Positions 45,739 to 55,857 of a stretch of 64,000 bases of DNA are shown piece after piece. Both the position numbers and the translations under genes were made by a program. Below the pieces are notes generated by a model, which saw only the letters and a list, made by a program, of their open reading frames with translations, had not been told where the DNA came from and ran no database searches. Within the stretch, counting starts at the first letter, position 1; every line of letters starts with the position of its first letter. Source of the stretch: an uncultured Verrucomicrobiae bacterium (lineage in GTDB: Bacteria; Verrucomicrobiota; Verrucomicrobiia; Limisphaerales; UBA11358); contig CAWAYP010000005.1 of NCBI GenBank assembly GCA_963786375.1, positions 80,036 through 144,035 on the forward strand, written 5' to 3'.

Positions 45739-45973
45739 GCCGCAAAAAGGCACAAAAGGCGTAAAATTAAACAGCTTCTGACAGGACATATTTTCTGACT
45801 TCAAGTTTGCTGGGCGCAACTTGACACCACCATCAACTCCCTCGCTCCGCCTGAGCGGGGCGAGGGGATTTGAATTTAAACGTGCCACCTCTCCCCGGCC
45901 CTCTCCCCCAACTCCGTTGGCGGAGAGGGAGGGATATTTTTGTGTTTTCATGCCTTTTGCGCTTTTTTGCGGC
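45739..45973. mobile_element. MITE-like 235-bp element inserted in the etfB-etfA spacer
   Basis: 22-nt terminal inverted repeats gccgcaaaaaggcacaaaaggc (45739-45760) and gccttttgcgcttttttgcggc (45952-45973), 20/22 complementary. No ORF. The interior carries a ctccccggccctctccccc...ggagagggaggg dyad. Confidence 0.55.
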
Positions 45974-45975
45974 GA

Positions 45976-46785
45976 TTATTTTTTTATCCACTCTACGATT
46001 TCCTTCGCGATATCGTCGGCTGATTTATCCTTCACGATTTTGGTTTCACGCAATTGTTTCGGGAGCGAGACACTCGCGAAGCTCAACCCCTCGCCGGCCA
46101 GTTTCACCGGTCTGGCTTTCTGCAACGCGGGCATCACCGTGCGCATGTTCATCATGCCGATCTGTGGATTATTCTTGGGTTCCGGCAAATTTCCCGTCGC
46201 CCAACCAAGCACCACCGGCGGGCCGGCACACCTTGAAATTTGATGTTTGCCGCCCTCGATGCGTTCCATAATTTCCAGCGAACCGTCGGGATTGATCTTG
46301 AGTTCATCCACGCCTTGAAATTGATCCACGATGCCCAGCCGTTCGCCGACAATTTGCAGGGTCGCACCCGCCCCCCGTGAAGCCGATTCCCAGCCGCCGA
46401 AAATCAACAGCCTGGATTTGTCGAGTCCCGGAATGGTCTGGATGGCATCGGCAAGTGCGTTGGCAGTTTCGGTTGCATCGGTAAAACCACTGGCCGGGCC
46501 GTCCAGCGCCACCAACTCGAACGGCACCTTCTGCGCGACCGTCATCATCACCTGTTGAAGTTTGGCCTTGGGCCCAAGACTGACGAGCCAGACTTTCGAG
46601 CTAGGCGCATTTTTTGCCAGGTTGGCCGCCTCGTAAAGCGCGTGACCCGCCCACGGATCTAGGATGGCGGGCAGCATCATCTCATTTTTCAACGCAGGAC
46701 CGGCCGGACCGCTGACGGGCTCAAGGGTCTGGAGCGGGTCCGGGACGATGCCGGCGCAAACAACGATTTGGTATGCAGTGCTCAT
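45976..46785 (-). CDS. etfB: electron transfer flavoprotein beta subunit
   Basis: MSTAYQIVVCAGIVPDP...; ~269 aa; adjacent to etfA. Confidence 0.8.
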   Translation of the reverse strand: MSTAYQIVVCAGIVPDPLQTLEPVSGPAGPALKNEMMLPAILDPWAGHALYEAANLAKNAPSSKVWLVSLGPKAKLQQVMMTVAQKVPFELVALDGPASGFTDATETANALADAIQTIPGLDKSRLLIFGGWESASRGAGATLQIVGERLGIVDQFQGVDELKINPDGSLEIMERIEGGKHQISRCAGPPVVLGWATGNLPEPKNNPQIGMMNMRTVMPALQKARPVKLAGEGLSFASVSLPKQLRETKIVKDKSADDIAKEIVEWIKK

Positions 46786-47156
46786 AAATCCGAACGGCGG
46801 TAAAAAATCACACAAGGCTCAAAAGAATTTGGACCTGGCGGCCATCGCAATGTGATTCATTTACGGCGCAGGAACAAAGCACAAACTGGTACAGGACAAG
46901 TCGTGGGAAGGTTCTGCCAAAAAATGGCAGGTGTGCAGAGTCTCCGAAGGCCAACCGGACTGCGCCACCACGTCCCGCGGGCAACCGCTTTATCTGCCCG
47001 ATCGGCTCAGAAATCGGCCAAAGGCATTTTGGTCTCGACCACGCCAACACGCGGGATACAATGAGGCCATCATGCGAACGGGTAGAACCACAACGCCCCA
47101 TCATCCCCCAAATAAGGGCATCAACCGGTAATAACCCCATAATCAGCGAGGAACCG

Positions 47157-48572
47157 ATGAGCAACGAAATCCAGAAATGTTCATTAAGAGAAAGAGCCGT
47201 TTACGGATTTGGTGATCTGGCCTCCTGCCTGTTCTGGCAGACCATCACATTGTATCTGCTTTTCTTTTATACCGACGTCTTCGGGCTGGCCGCCGCGGCT
47301 GCGGGAATCATGATCGGCGTCTCCCGCTTGTTGGATGCCTTTTTTGACGTGGTCATCGGCATGACCGCGGACCGGACCAGCACCCGGTGGGGCAAGTTCA
47401 GGCCTTATTTGTTGTGGATGGCAATTCCGCTGGCGGTTTCGGCGGTGCTGGCCTTCACAACGCCCTCTTTTGGCGGCACGGCAAAAATCGTTTACGCCTA
47501 CGTCACCTTCATCGTCTTCATGTTCATGTATTCGGCCATCAACATTCCCTATACGTCTTTGCTGGGCGTCATCAGCGGGGACCCCATCGAAAGAACCAGC
47601 GCTTCGTCGTTCAAATTTATCGGCGCTTATGTGGGTGGATTTATAGTTTCCGCGACGGCGCTGACCTTTGCGGAGCATTTCGGGCATGGCAACGTTGCCA
47701 AAGGATGGCAGACGACCCTGGCCATCTATGGCGTGGCCGCCGTCATCCTCTTTTTCATAACGTTTCTTTCCACCCGCGAACGGATTCAGCCCATCGCCAA
47801 GGAAAAAACCTCCATAACCCGGGACCTGGCGGATTTGACCAAGAACGTGCCCTGGATGTTGCTGTTTGCCGCGACGATTCTTTTCATCCTGTTTGTCTGC
47901 ATCCGCTTGAGCGTGACCACGCACTATTTCAAATATTACATCGGTGAACAGGAAGTCACGCTCTTCGGTAAAACCAATAAATATGGTTTTGAAGTGCTGG
48001 CATCTGCTTTCAACACCATCGGCCAGGCGATGGCCATATTGGGGGTCATTCTGGTACCGTGGTTCGCGAAACTCTGCGGGAGAAAGAACGCCTTGATCAT
48101 TCTTTTTGTAACGGCCCTGATTTGCACGGGCGCATTCTATTTCTTAAAACCCGAAAATCTGGCGCTGATTTTTGTCTTTCAGACCATCGGCTCACTGACC
48201 GGAGGTCCCATTTCCGCGTTGTTATGGGTTCTCTACGCCGATACCGCCGATTATTCCGAATGGAAAACCGGCCGCCGGGCCACCGGCCTCGTGTTTTCCG
48301 CTTCCATCATGTCAAACAAGATTGGCTGGACCGTGGGCAGCATGATCGCGGGCCTAATCCTTGCGTCCACCGGGTTCGTGGCCAATGAGGTTCAAAATGT
48401 GAATGTCCTGAATGGTCTGAAAGCGATGATGAGTGTCATACCCGTCGCGATTGGAGTGGTCGCCTTGATTATTCTCCTGTTCTACAATTTGGATGAAACG
48501 AAAATGAAACAAATCAAGGCGGACCTGGACGAAAGACGGAAGGCGGGCGAGGCCGGCGCCGCCACTGCTTAA
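47157..48572 (+). CDS. GPH-family (MelB-like) glycoside:cation symporter
   Basis: Start at ATG 47157; ...RERAVYGFGDLASCLFWQ...; 12 hydrophobic spans; ...DRTSTRWGKFRPYL (GPH signature). Confidence 0.8.
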   Translation: MSNEIQKCSLRERAVYGFGDLASCLFWQTITLYLLFFYTDVFGLAAAAAGIMIGVSRLLDAFFDVVIGMTADRTSTRWGKFRPYLLWMAIPLAVSAVLAFTTPSFGGTAKIVYAYVTFIVFMFMYSAINIPYTSLLGVISGDPIERTSASSFKFIGAYVGGFIVSATALTFAEHFGHGNVAKGWQTTLAIYGVAAVILFFITFLSTRERIQPIAKEKTSITRDLADLTKNVPWMLLFAATILFILFVCIRLSVTTHYFKYYIGEQEVTLFGKTNKYGFEVLASAFNTIGQAMAILGVILVPWFAKLCGRKNALIILFVTALICTGAFYFLKPENLALIFVFQTIGSLTGGPISALLWVLYADTADYSEWKTGRRATGLVFSASIMSNKIGWTVGSMIAGLILASTGFVANEVQNVNVLNGLKAMMSVIPVAIGVVALIILLFYNLDETKMKQIKADLDERRKAGEAGAATA

Positions 48573-48578
48573 TACGAA

Positions 48579-49574
48579 ATGAAAAGGACCATTGTCGGAA
48601 AGTCCCTGCCCAACATCCCGTGGCAGGAAAAACCCAAGGGCGATTCCAGCGTTGTCTGGAGATATGACGGGAATCCCGTTGTCGGCCTGGACGCGCTGAA
48701 AGATTCGTGCCGGATTTTCAACAGCGCCACCATTCCCTATCGGGGCGGATTCATCGGCGTTTTCCGGGCTGACCACCGAAACGGCTATCCCAATTTGCAC
48801 CTGGGAAAAAGCCAGGACGGCATTCATTGGAAAATTGAGGAAAAGACCATCGGTTTCTCCACGGAGACCGGCAAGCCGGCCAAACCCATCCTGTACGGCT
48901 ACGACCCGCGGCTGGTGGAGATTGAAGGCACCTATTACATCACCTGGTGCAATTATTTCAACGGGCCGACGATCGGGCTGGCCAAAACCAAGGATTTTAA
49001 AACCTTTACCCAGCTCGAAAACGCCTTTGTGCCGTTCAATCGCAACGGCGTTTTGTTCCCGAGAAAAATCAAAGGCAATTTCGTGATGCTGAACCGGCCG
49101 AGCGACAACGGACACACGCCGTTCGGAGACATTTATCTGAGCCAAAGCCCGGATTTGACTTATTGGGGCAAACACCGGCTGGTGATGAAGGCCCCTCATT
49201 ACTGGTGGAAAAACACCAAGATTGGCCCGGGCCCGATCCCGATTGAAACCACCGAGGGATGGCTGTTGATCTACCACGGCGTTTGCAACACCTGCAGCGG
49301 GTTTGTGTACAGCATGGGCGCCGCCCTGCTGGATCTGGACGACCCATCCAAAATCATCGTGGATTGCGAAAACTACCTGTTGACCCCCGAACAGCCCTAT
49401 GAGCGGATGGGGTTTGTTCCCAATGTCGCGTTCCCCTGCGCCACCTTGCAGGATGCCGACACGGGACGAATCGCCATTTTCTACGGCGCAGCGGACACGT
49501 ATTGCGCGCTCGCGTTCACGCAGGTGGATGCGTTGATCGCCTACATCAAGGCGCATCCGGGCAAGCCCCTTTAG
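48579..49574 (+). CDS. GH130-family glycoside phosphorylase (beta-mannoside phosphorylase-like)
   Basis: 331 aa; ...VVWRYDGNPV...IFNSATIPYRGGFIGVFRAD...NGVLFPRKIKG...WLLIYHGV... pattern as I recall for GH130/DUF377. Confidence 0.7.
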   Translation: MKRTIVGKSLPNIPWQEKPKGDSSVVWRYDGNPVVGLDALKDSCRIFNSATIPYRGGFIGVFRADHRNGYPNLHLGKSQDGIHWKIEEKTIGFSTETGKPAKPILYGYDPRLVEIEGTYYITWCNYFNGPTIGLAKTKDFKTFTQLENAFVPFNRNGVLFPRKIKGNFVMLNRPSDNGHTPFGDIYLSQSPDLTYWGKHRLVMKAPHYWWKNTKIGPGPIPIETTEGWLLIYHGVCNTCSGFVYSMGAALLDLDDPSKIIVDCENYLLTPEQPYERMGFVPNVAFPCATLQDADTGRIAIFYGAADTYCALAFTQVDALIAYIKAHPGKPL

Positions 49575-49610
49575 CAACTTCGTTCACCAACTCGAAAGGA
49601 TTCATCACTC

Positions 49611-51977
49611 ATGCGATTCGGTCATTTTGACGATCTAGCCAAGGAATATGTCATCGAGCGGCCCGATACGCCGCGGTCTTGGGCCAATTATCTCGGTTCC
49701 AAGGAATACGGCGCCATCATCACCAACAACGGCGGCGGCTACAGCTTCCACATGTCGGCGGCGCTGGGCCGCCTGACGCGGCTGCGGTTCGACGACGTCC
49801 CGACCGATCAACCGGGCCGTTATATTTATCTCCGCGACCGGGACTCCGGCGATTACTGGTCCAACGCCTGGCAGCCCGTCGGCAAACCGCTCGACCAGTA
49901 CAAAACCACCTGCCGGCACGGCACCGCGTACACCATCATCAATTCCCGGTATTCCAAGATCGAAACGGAAACCACCTATTTTGTTCCGCTGGGCAAACGT
50001 TTCGAGTGCTGGCTGTTGAAGGTCACAAACCGGGACGCCGTCAAAAGGAAACTGAGCCTGTTCACATTCGTCGAATACCCAAACTCCGGGCATGTCTTCA
50101 ACGACTTCCTCAACCTGCAATACTCGCACGGCATCGTGAAGATGGATTTCGTGGACGGCATCATTGATTACGGCAGCTCCGTCCACATCAGCGACCAGAT
50201 CAATCGCTCGTTTCTGGCCTTCGTTGGCGGCGACATCGTCGGCTTCGACACCGACCGCGACGTTTTTATCACCCCGTATCGCGGTTATGCGAATCCGATG
50301 GTGGTCGAAAAAGGCCGGTGCACCGGCTCCAAGGCCTTTGGCGACGACGGCTGCGGCTCCATCCAGATTGACGTCGAGCTTGAACCGGGCGAGACGCGCG
50401 AACTGGTGGTCCTGATGGGCGTCGGCAAGGCGGCGGTGGAAGGCAAACGCACCGTGAAGCAGTTTGGCAACATCGCCACGGTCAAGGCCGAGTTTGAGAA
50501 ACTCCGCCAGTACTGGCACAACCGCATCGAGGGATTGAGTGTCGTCACCCCGGACACGCAGTTCAACAGCATGATGAACATGTGGAGTCCTTTCAACTGC
50601 CTCATGACCTTCGCCTGGTCGCGAATGGCCAGTCTCATCTACAGCGGCGAACGCGACGGGCTGGGTTATCGCGACACCGTCCAGGATTTCATGGGCGTCA
50701 TGCAACTCATTCCGGCCGAGGCGAAACAACGGCTCGAGCTGATGATTACCGGGCAAGGCTCCAGCGGTGGCGCGATGCCCCTCGTCATGGCTTTCACCCA
50801 CAAACCGGGCAGGGAAAAGATGCCCCCGGAAGACGAATACCGTTCCGACGACTGCCTGTGGCTGTTCAACTCCATTCCCGCCTACGTCAAGGAAACCGGC
50901 GACACCGGCTTTTACAACAAAGTCCTGCCTTATGCCGACAAGGGCAAGGCGACCGTGCTCGGCCATCTGCGCCGGGCGATTGAATTCAATCTTAAACGCA
51001 CCGGCCAGCACGGTCTGCCCAGCGGCCTGTTCGCCGACTGGAACGACTGCCTGCGGCTGGGCACCAAGGGCACCTCGGTGTTTGTGGCCCTGCAAGTACG
51101 TTACGGCCTGACGGTCTATATCGAGATTTGCGAAATGCTCAAAAAGACCGCCGAAATCAAATGGGCAAAACAGCAGCTCACCATCATCGACCGCAAGCTC
51201 GACAAATCCGGCTGGGACGGCAAATGGTACGTCCGCGCCTACAAACAAACCGGCGAGAAAATCGGCTCGCACGAAAACAAGCACGGTCAGATTTATCTCA
51301 ACACGCAATCCTGGGGCGTCCTCAGCGGCCACGCCGACAAGAACCGCGCCGAGCAGGCGATGGAATCGGTGAATGAAAAGCTCGCCACCGATTACGGCCT
51401 GATGTTGTGTGCACCGCCTTACGAGAACATGCCCTGCGCGGAAATCCGCTCGATTGTATTCAACAAGGGCGTCAAGGAGAACTGCGGCATCTTCAATCAC
51501 ACGCAAGGCTGGGCGGTGATGGCCGAGACGATGCTCGGCCACGGCGACCGGGCGTTCAAATACTTCCGCAGCTCCATGCCGGCCTCGTTCAACGACACGG
51601 CCGAGATTCGCGGCAGCGAGCCGTACGTCTACTCGCAATACACCCACAGCATTTACAGCAAACGCTACGGCGCCTCGCGCGTTCCCTGGCTTACCGGCGC
51701 CGCCACCTGGGCCTACTACGCCGCGACCCAGTACATCCTGGGCATCCGGCCCGACCATGACGGCCTGCGCATAGATCCCTGCATTCCCGCCGCGTGGAAG
51801 GGATTCACCGCCACCCGCCGGTTCCGGAACAAGACGGTGAACATCAAGGTGGTGAACCGTACCGGCGTCCAGAAAGGCGTCAAAAAAATCACGCTCAACG
51901 GCCAGCCGATTCAGGGCAACATCGTTCCCGTCTCCAAAATGAAACCGGAGAACGAGGTTGTGGTGGAGATGGGGTAA
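49611..51977 (+). CDS. GH94-family disaccharide phosphorylase (cellobiose/chitobiose phosphorylase-like)
   Basis: 788 aa; MRFGHFDDLAKEYVIERPDTPRSWANYLGS...GGGYSF...RYIYLRD closely parallels the cellobiose phosphorylase N-terminus. Confidence 0.85.
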   Translation: MRFGHFDDLAKEYVIERPDTPRSWANYLGSKEYGAIITNNGGGYSFHMSAALGRLTRLRFDDVPTDQPGRYIYLRDRDSGDYWSNAWQPVGKPLDQYKTTCRHGTAYTIINSRYSKIETETTYFVPLGKRFECWLLKVTNRDAVKRKLSLFTFVEYPNSGHVFNDFLNLQYSHGIVKMDFVDGIIDYGSSVHISDQINRSFLAFVGGDIVGFDTDRDVFITPYRGYANPMVVEKGRCTGSKAFGDDGCGSIQIDVELEPGETRELVVLMGVGKAAVEGKRTVKQFGNIATVKAEFEKLRQYWHNRIEGLSVVTPDTQFNSMMNMWSPFNCLMTFAWSRMASLIYSGERDGLGYRDTVQDFMGVMQLIPAEAKQRLELMITGQGSSGGAMPLVMAFTHKPGREKMPPEDEYRSDDCLWLFNSIPAYVKETGDTGFYNKVLPYADKGKATVLGHLRRAIEFNLKRTGQHGLPSGLFADWNDCLRLGTKGTSVFVALQVRYGLTVYIEICEMLKKTAEIKWAKQQLTIIDRKLDKSGWDGKWYVRAYKQTGEKIGSHENKHGQIYLNTQSWGVLSGHADKNRAEQAMESVNEKLATDYGLMLCAPPYENMPCAEIRSIVFNKGVKENCGIFNHTQGWAVMAETMLGHGDRAFKYFRSSMPASFNDTAEIRGSEPYVYSQYTHSIYSKRYGASRVPWLTGAATWAYYAATQYILGIRPDHDGLRIDPCIPAAWKGFTATRRFRNKTVNIKVVNRTGVQKGVKKITLNGQPIQGNIVPVSKMKPENEVVVEMG

Positions 51978-51988
51978 AACCAATCATC

Positions 51989-52046
51989 GGTAGGGTGCGT
52001 CACTCCGTGCGCGCCGCAGTGGCGGCGGTCACAAACCGCCGCCATT
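51989..52046. repeat. REP-like palindromic element (family copy 3, degenerate)
   Basis: ...GCGCGCCGCAGTGGCGGCGGTCACAAACCGCCGCCAT shares the GCGGCGGTCACA.ACCGCCGC arm with 7881-7902. Confidence 0.5.
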
Positions 52047-52395
52047 TTATTTTCACCATCGCTCACAGAACGCGTTGAAAGAATAGCGGTGGAGGGCCAC
52101 CGCACTCCAAGACGCGAAGCATTTACCGATGACTCACGAACAGCGCGAAGCGTCCTGGACTGCGCCAGCCCTCTGGCGCTTTGGCCAGAGCCGGGGAAAA
52201 ACTAAAGCTGGTTAGAAAGTTTGAGCGCACCTGCGGCGGGATTTCAACCTCGACCACGCAAACAGTTTTTGAAATACAAATATCACGAACTGCCGCATCC
52301 TGCGCCGAACGCATTTATGGCTCAACTGAAATTCCGCTCTCGAAAACAAGTTCGGCGCCAAGTGGAATCCGTCCGTCTCAGCGCCAGATAGCAGG

Positions 52396-53298
52396 TCAAA
52401 AATAACCCGCTTTTTTGCGGTCTTCCATGGCCGCTTCGCCGGCCTTGTCGTCGGCGCGGGAGCCGCGTTCGGTCACGCGCGCGGCGGCGATTTCGACGAT
52501 GATGTCGTCCACGGAATCCGCCGGCGATTCAACCATGCCGGTGCTGATGATGTCGCCGATGGTGCGGACGCGCACGACGAGTTCTTTTACCGGCTCCCGG
52601 TCTTTGGGCGGGAGCAAATCCGTGACCGGCAGCCATTGACCGTTGCGGCGGACGCATTTTCGGGTGTGACTGAAATAAATCGCCGGCACTTCAAGTTGTT
52701 CGCGCTTGATGTATTCCCACACGTCCATTTCCGTCCAATTCGATAGTGGAAAAACGCGCATGTGTTCACTGGGATTGACGCGCGCGTTGTAAAGGTTCCA
52801 GATTTCGGGCCGCTGGTTTTTGGGGTCCCACTGGCCGAAGCTGTCGCGGAAACTGAAAAAGCGCTCCTTGGCGCGGGCCTTTTCCTCGTCCCGCCGCGCG
52901 CCGCCGATCAGACAATCAAGCTGAAATTCCTCGACCGCCGCGAGCAACGTCGGGATTTGCAACTGGTTGCGGCTGATTTCGCCGGACCGCGGCACGGCAA
53001 TCCCCTTGGCGATGGCGTCCTCGACCTTGCGGACGATGAGTTTCGCGCCCAGTTCCCTGGCGCGGCGGTCACGGAATTCGTTCAGTTCAGGAAAGTGATG
53101 CCCGGTGTCAATGTTGAGCAACGGCATGGGAATGTCCGATGGCCGGAACGCCTTTTCGGCGAGCCGCAACAGGCAGATGGAATCCTTGCCGCCGGAGAAG
53201 AGCAGGGCGGGGCGTCCAAATTCCGCCGCGACTTCACGCATAATGTGAATCGCTTCGGTCTCCAGATATTGTAAATGATCCAAATGATAGCTGTTCAT
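52396..53298 (-). CDS. cysD: sulfate adenylyltransferase subunit 2
   Basis: Start at MNSYHLDHLQYLE (ATG 53298); ...LLFSGGKDSICLLRLA (PP-loop)...ERGSRADDKA. Confidence 0.92.
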   Translation of the reverse strand: MNSYHLDHLQYLETEAIHIMREVAAEFGRPALLFSGGKDSICLLRLAEKAFRPSDIPMPLLNIDTGHHFPELNEFRDRRARELGAKLIVRKVEDAIAKGIAVPRSGEISRNQLQIPTLLAAVEEFQLDCLIGGARRDEEKARAKERFFSFRDSFGQWDPKNQRPEIWNLYNARVNPSEHMRVFPLSNWTEMDVWEYIKREQLEVPAIYFSHTRKCVRRNGQWLPVTDLLPPKDREPVKELVVRVRTIGDIISTGMVESPADSVDDIIVEIAAARVTERGSRADDKAGEAAMEDRKKAGYF

Positions 53299-53404
53299 TT
53301 TGACAGGGATTTCACGAATTGACACGGATTCATAAAACAACGCGGATCCATTCTAGCGAATCCGCCCCGAATATTAACAAGCAATCCGTGTCCGAGCCTG
53401 TATG

Positions 53405-54091
53405 TTAAATTCCGGAGCCCAGCGCCTGTGATCCCCAGCTTGTGTGAAGACCGCACTCGCGTTTGTCGTCGGCTTTTGCCGGATCAAAATAATCCCACTC
53501 GTTTGGCAGGTGGTGCTGCTTCAAATAAGCTTCCATGTCGGCATCGCTCCAGTAAAAGACCGGGTTCACCTTTAATGCGCCAAAGGTTTTGTCCTCGGAA
53601 ACGATGTCGAGTCCGGCGCGGTTCGGATTTTGCACTTTGCGCAACGCGGTAATCCAAACCGCCGGCGCCAGTTCCTTCAGGCCGCGTTGAAACGGTTCCA
53701 GCTTCATCAATGCGCTGAATTGTTTCAAAGCCTTCTCATCGTCGGTGGACGGAATGTCCCCGTGGAGCGCGTCGCGGTGCGCGGCGGAAATTTTGGGCAG
53801 GTAAGGCTTGAGATTCAGCTTGAGCTGTTTCTTCAATTCTTCCGCGTGCTTGTAAGTGGCCGGGCGATTGTAGCCGTGGTCCACCCACAGCACTGGAATG
53901 TCCGGCTGCACCTGCACGCACAAATGCAGAATCACCGCTTCGTACGGCCGGAAATTGGTTGAGACCAGCGCGCGTCCGTTGGCTTGAACCATGGCCCAGC
54001 GGATGATTTCGAGCGGTGGCTGGTCGCGCAACCCGGCGTTGGCTTTGGCAATTTGGTCGGCGGTCACGATGTTAATCTGCTTCAATTTCAT
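53405..54091 (-). CDS. cysH: phosphoadenosine phosphosulfate reductase family protein (CysH)
   Basis: 228 aa; ...VSTNFRPYEAVILHL...; C-terminal KRECGLH motif; no CC...CxxC Fe-S motif seen. Confidence 0.85.
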   Translation of the reverse strand: MKLKQINIVTADQIAKANAGLRDQPPLEIIRWAMVQANGRALVSTNFRPYEAVILHLCVQVQPDIPVLWVDHGYNRPATYKHAEELKKQLKLNLKPYLPKISAAHRDALHGDIPSTDDEKALKQFSALMKLEPFQRGLKELAPAVWITALRKVQNPNRAGLDIVSEDKTFGALKVNPVFYWSDADMEAYLKQHHLPNEWDYFDPAKADDKRECGLHTSWGSQALGSGI

Positions 54092-54165
54092 TCCCGTGTG
54101 GAGGTCCCGGCAGGATGACGGGCTGTTTCATTCCACCGGTTGCGCATAGGTGTATTTGTCCGCAT

Positions 54166-55857
54166 TCAAATGGAAAAACCGGTCACCGGCTCTTTCAGGA
54201 ACACGCGGTCGCACCAGTCGCCAAAGCTCTCGCGGTTGAACCGCTCGTTTGCATAGCGGATCAGGACCGGCCCTAGTTCCGATTCGATGTCGGCTTCCTT
54301 GACCATTTCCTTCCAGACGCGGGCCAGCCGCGTGCCGGCGGGGGCGCCGCCCAGCCAGATTTGATAACGTCCGGGCGCCTTGCCGACGAATGCAATTTCC
54401 GCGGTGTACGGCCGCGCGCAACCGTTCGGACAGCCGGTGGAGCGGATGATGATTTCTTCGCCGGCCAGACCCGCCTCGGCGCAAAGTTTTTCAATCCGGT
54501 CAAGCAAACCGGGCAACATGCGTTCCGATTCCGCGAGCGCCAGCCCGCAAGTGGGCAGGGCGGGGCAGGCCATCGCGGCGGCATGAAGGACGGTGGCGGG
54601 ACGATGGCCGGTGCTGACGCCATGCTCCGTGAGCAGTTCGGTAATGGCGTCCTGATCCTCTTCAGCGATGTTGGCCAGAATTACATTTTGATTGGGCGTG
54701 AGACGGAATTCGGTTTCGGAAAACTTTTCCGCGAACTGGCGCAAGGCGGTTTTCAACCGGCGGCCTTCCATGTCTTTGACGCGCCCGGTCTCGACGAAGA
54801 TGGTCAGGAACCATTTACCGTCCACCGCCTGGTGCCAGCCGTACAGGTCGCCCGACGTGGTGAATTGAAAGGGCCGCGCTGGCTCAAGCTTGAAACCGGC
54901 GCGTGTCTCGAACTCGGCGCGGATCCACTCCACGCCGCGCTCCTCCACGACGTATTTAAAACGCGCATGTTTGCGGTCGGTGCGGTCGCCGAGATCGCGG
55001 TGCATGGTCACCACGGCTTTCGCCACGGCTTCAAGCTGTTCCGGTTTGAAAAAGCCCAGCACGTCGGCGAGCCGCGGATAGGTGGCTTCGTTGCCGTGAC
55101 TGCGGCCCATGCCGCCGCCGACGGCGAGATTGTAACCGGCCAGTTGGTCATTCTCAATGATGGCAATCAGGCCGACGTCATTGGTGAAAACGTCAACGTC
55201 GTTGACCGGCGGGATGGCAAAGGCGAACTTGAACTTTCGCGGCAGATAGGTTTTGCCGTAAAGCGGGTCCACAAAATCCTTATTGGCCGGTTCATCGAGA
55301 TTGAGCTGCACGCCGTCAATCCAGATGCCGTGATAGGCCGGCGTTTGGGGGGCGACCGACACGGCCACGTGGCGGCAGTCCGCAAAGACCTGTTCGCGCG
55401 CCCGGGTGTAAGCGGGCGTGGGCGGCGCCAGCACGTTGCGGCAGACATCGCCGCAGGCGGCCAGCGTCGAAAGCAACGATTCGTTGATGCCTTTGATCAC
55501 CGGGCGCAGGTTGGATTTCAAGATGCCATGGAACTGGATGGTCTGGCGGGTGGTGAGGCGCAACGTGTTGTTGCCGTATCGCGCCGACAAATCGTCGAAC
55601 ACGCGCCACTGATTCGCGGTCATCACGCCGCCGGGAATGCGGCTGCGGGCCATCATGATGTAATGCTTGCCGGTCTTGCGCAGGTCGCGGTCGTCCTGCT
55701 GATAGCAGCCGTGAAATTTCAAAAACTCGTAGTCGTCCTGGGAGAAATGATCCGCGTTCGGGTCGGCGAGCGTTGCGGCAATGGTGCCCGCGACCGTTGG
55801 GATCGCGGCCTTAATCTCTTCGTTGTGGGTTAATTTAACCGGTGCTTCAGTGCTCAT
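54166..55857 (-). CDS. cysI: assimilatory sulfite reductase hemoprotein (CysI/Sir)
   Basis: Start at MSTEAPVKL (ATG 55857); ...FLKFHGCYQQDDRD...; siroheme/4Fe-4S cysteines ...ACPALPTCGLA... and ...STGCPNGCARP. Confidence 0.9.
   Translation of the reverse strand: MSTEAPVKLTHNEEIKAAIPTVAGTIAATLADPNADHFSQDDYEFLKFHGCYQQDDRDLRKTGKHYIMMARSRIPGGVMTANQWRVFDDLSARYGNNTLRLTTRQTIQFHGILKSNLRPVIKGINESLLSTLAACGDVCRNVLAPPTPAYTRAREQVFADCRHVAVSVAPQTPAYHGIWIDGVQLNLDEPANKDFVDPLYGKTYLPRKFKFAFAIPPVNDVDVFTNDVGLIAIIENDQLAGYNLAVGGGMGRSHGNEATYPRLADVLGFFKPEQLEAVAKAVVTMHRDLGDRTDRKHARFKYVVEERGVEWIRAEFETRAGFKLEPARPFQFTTSGDLYGWHQAVDGKWFLTIFVETGRVKDMEGRRLKTALRQFAEKFSETEFRLTPNQNVILANIAEEDQDAITELLTEHGVSTGHRPATVLHAAAMACPALPTCGLALAESERMLPGLLDRIEKLCAEAGLAGEEIIIRSTGCPNGCARPYTAEIAFVGKAPGRYQIWLGGAPAGTRLARVWKEMVKEADIESELGPVLIRYANERFNRESFGDWCDRVFLKEPVTGFSI

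Noticed and set aside
49635-51983. 782-aa ORF antisense to the GH94 gene. Similar long antisense ORFs occur at 21663-22787, 27758-28996, 29410-30804, 56686-57966, 58162-59088, 6350-7399, 4258-5103 and 54361-55833.
   Set aside because: Their translations are Arg/Gly/Ala/His-rich with no recognisable motifs. Each exactly shadows a sense gene with clear family signatures. This is a typical stop-poor antisense frame in GC-rich DNA.
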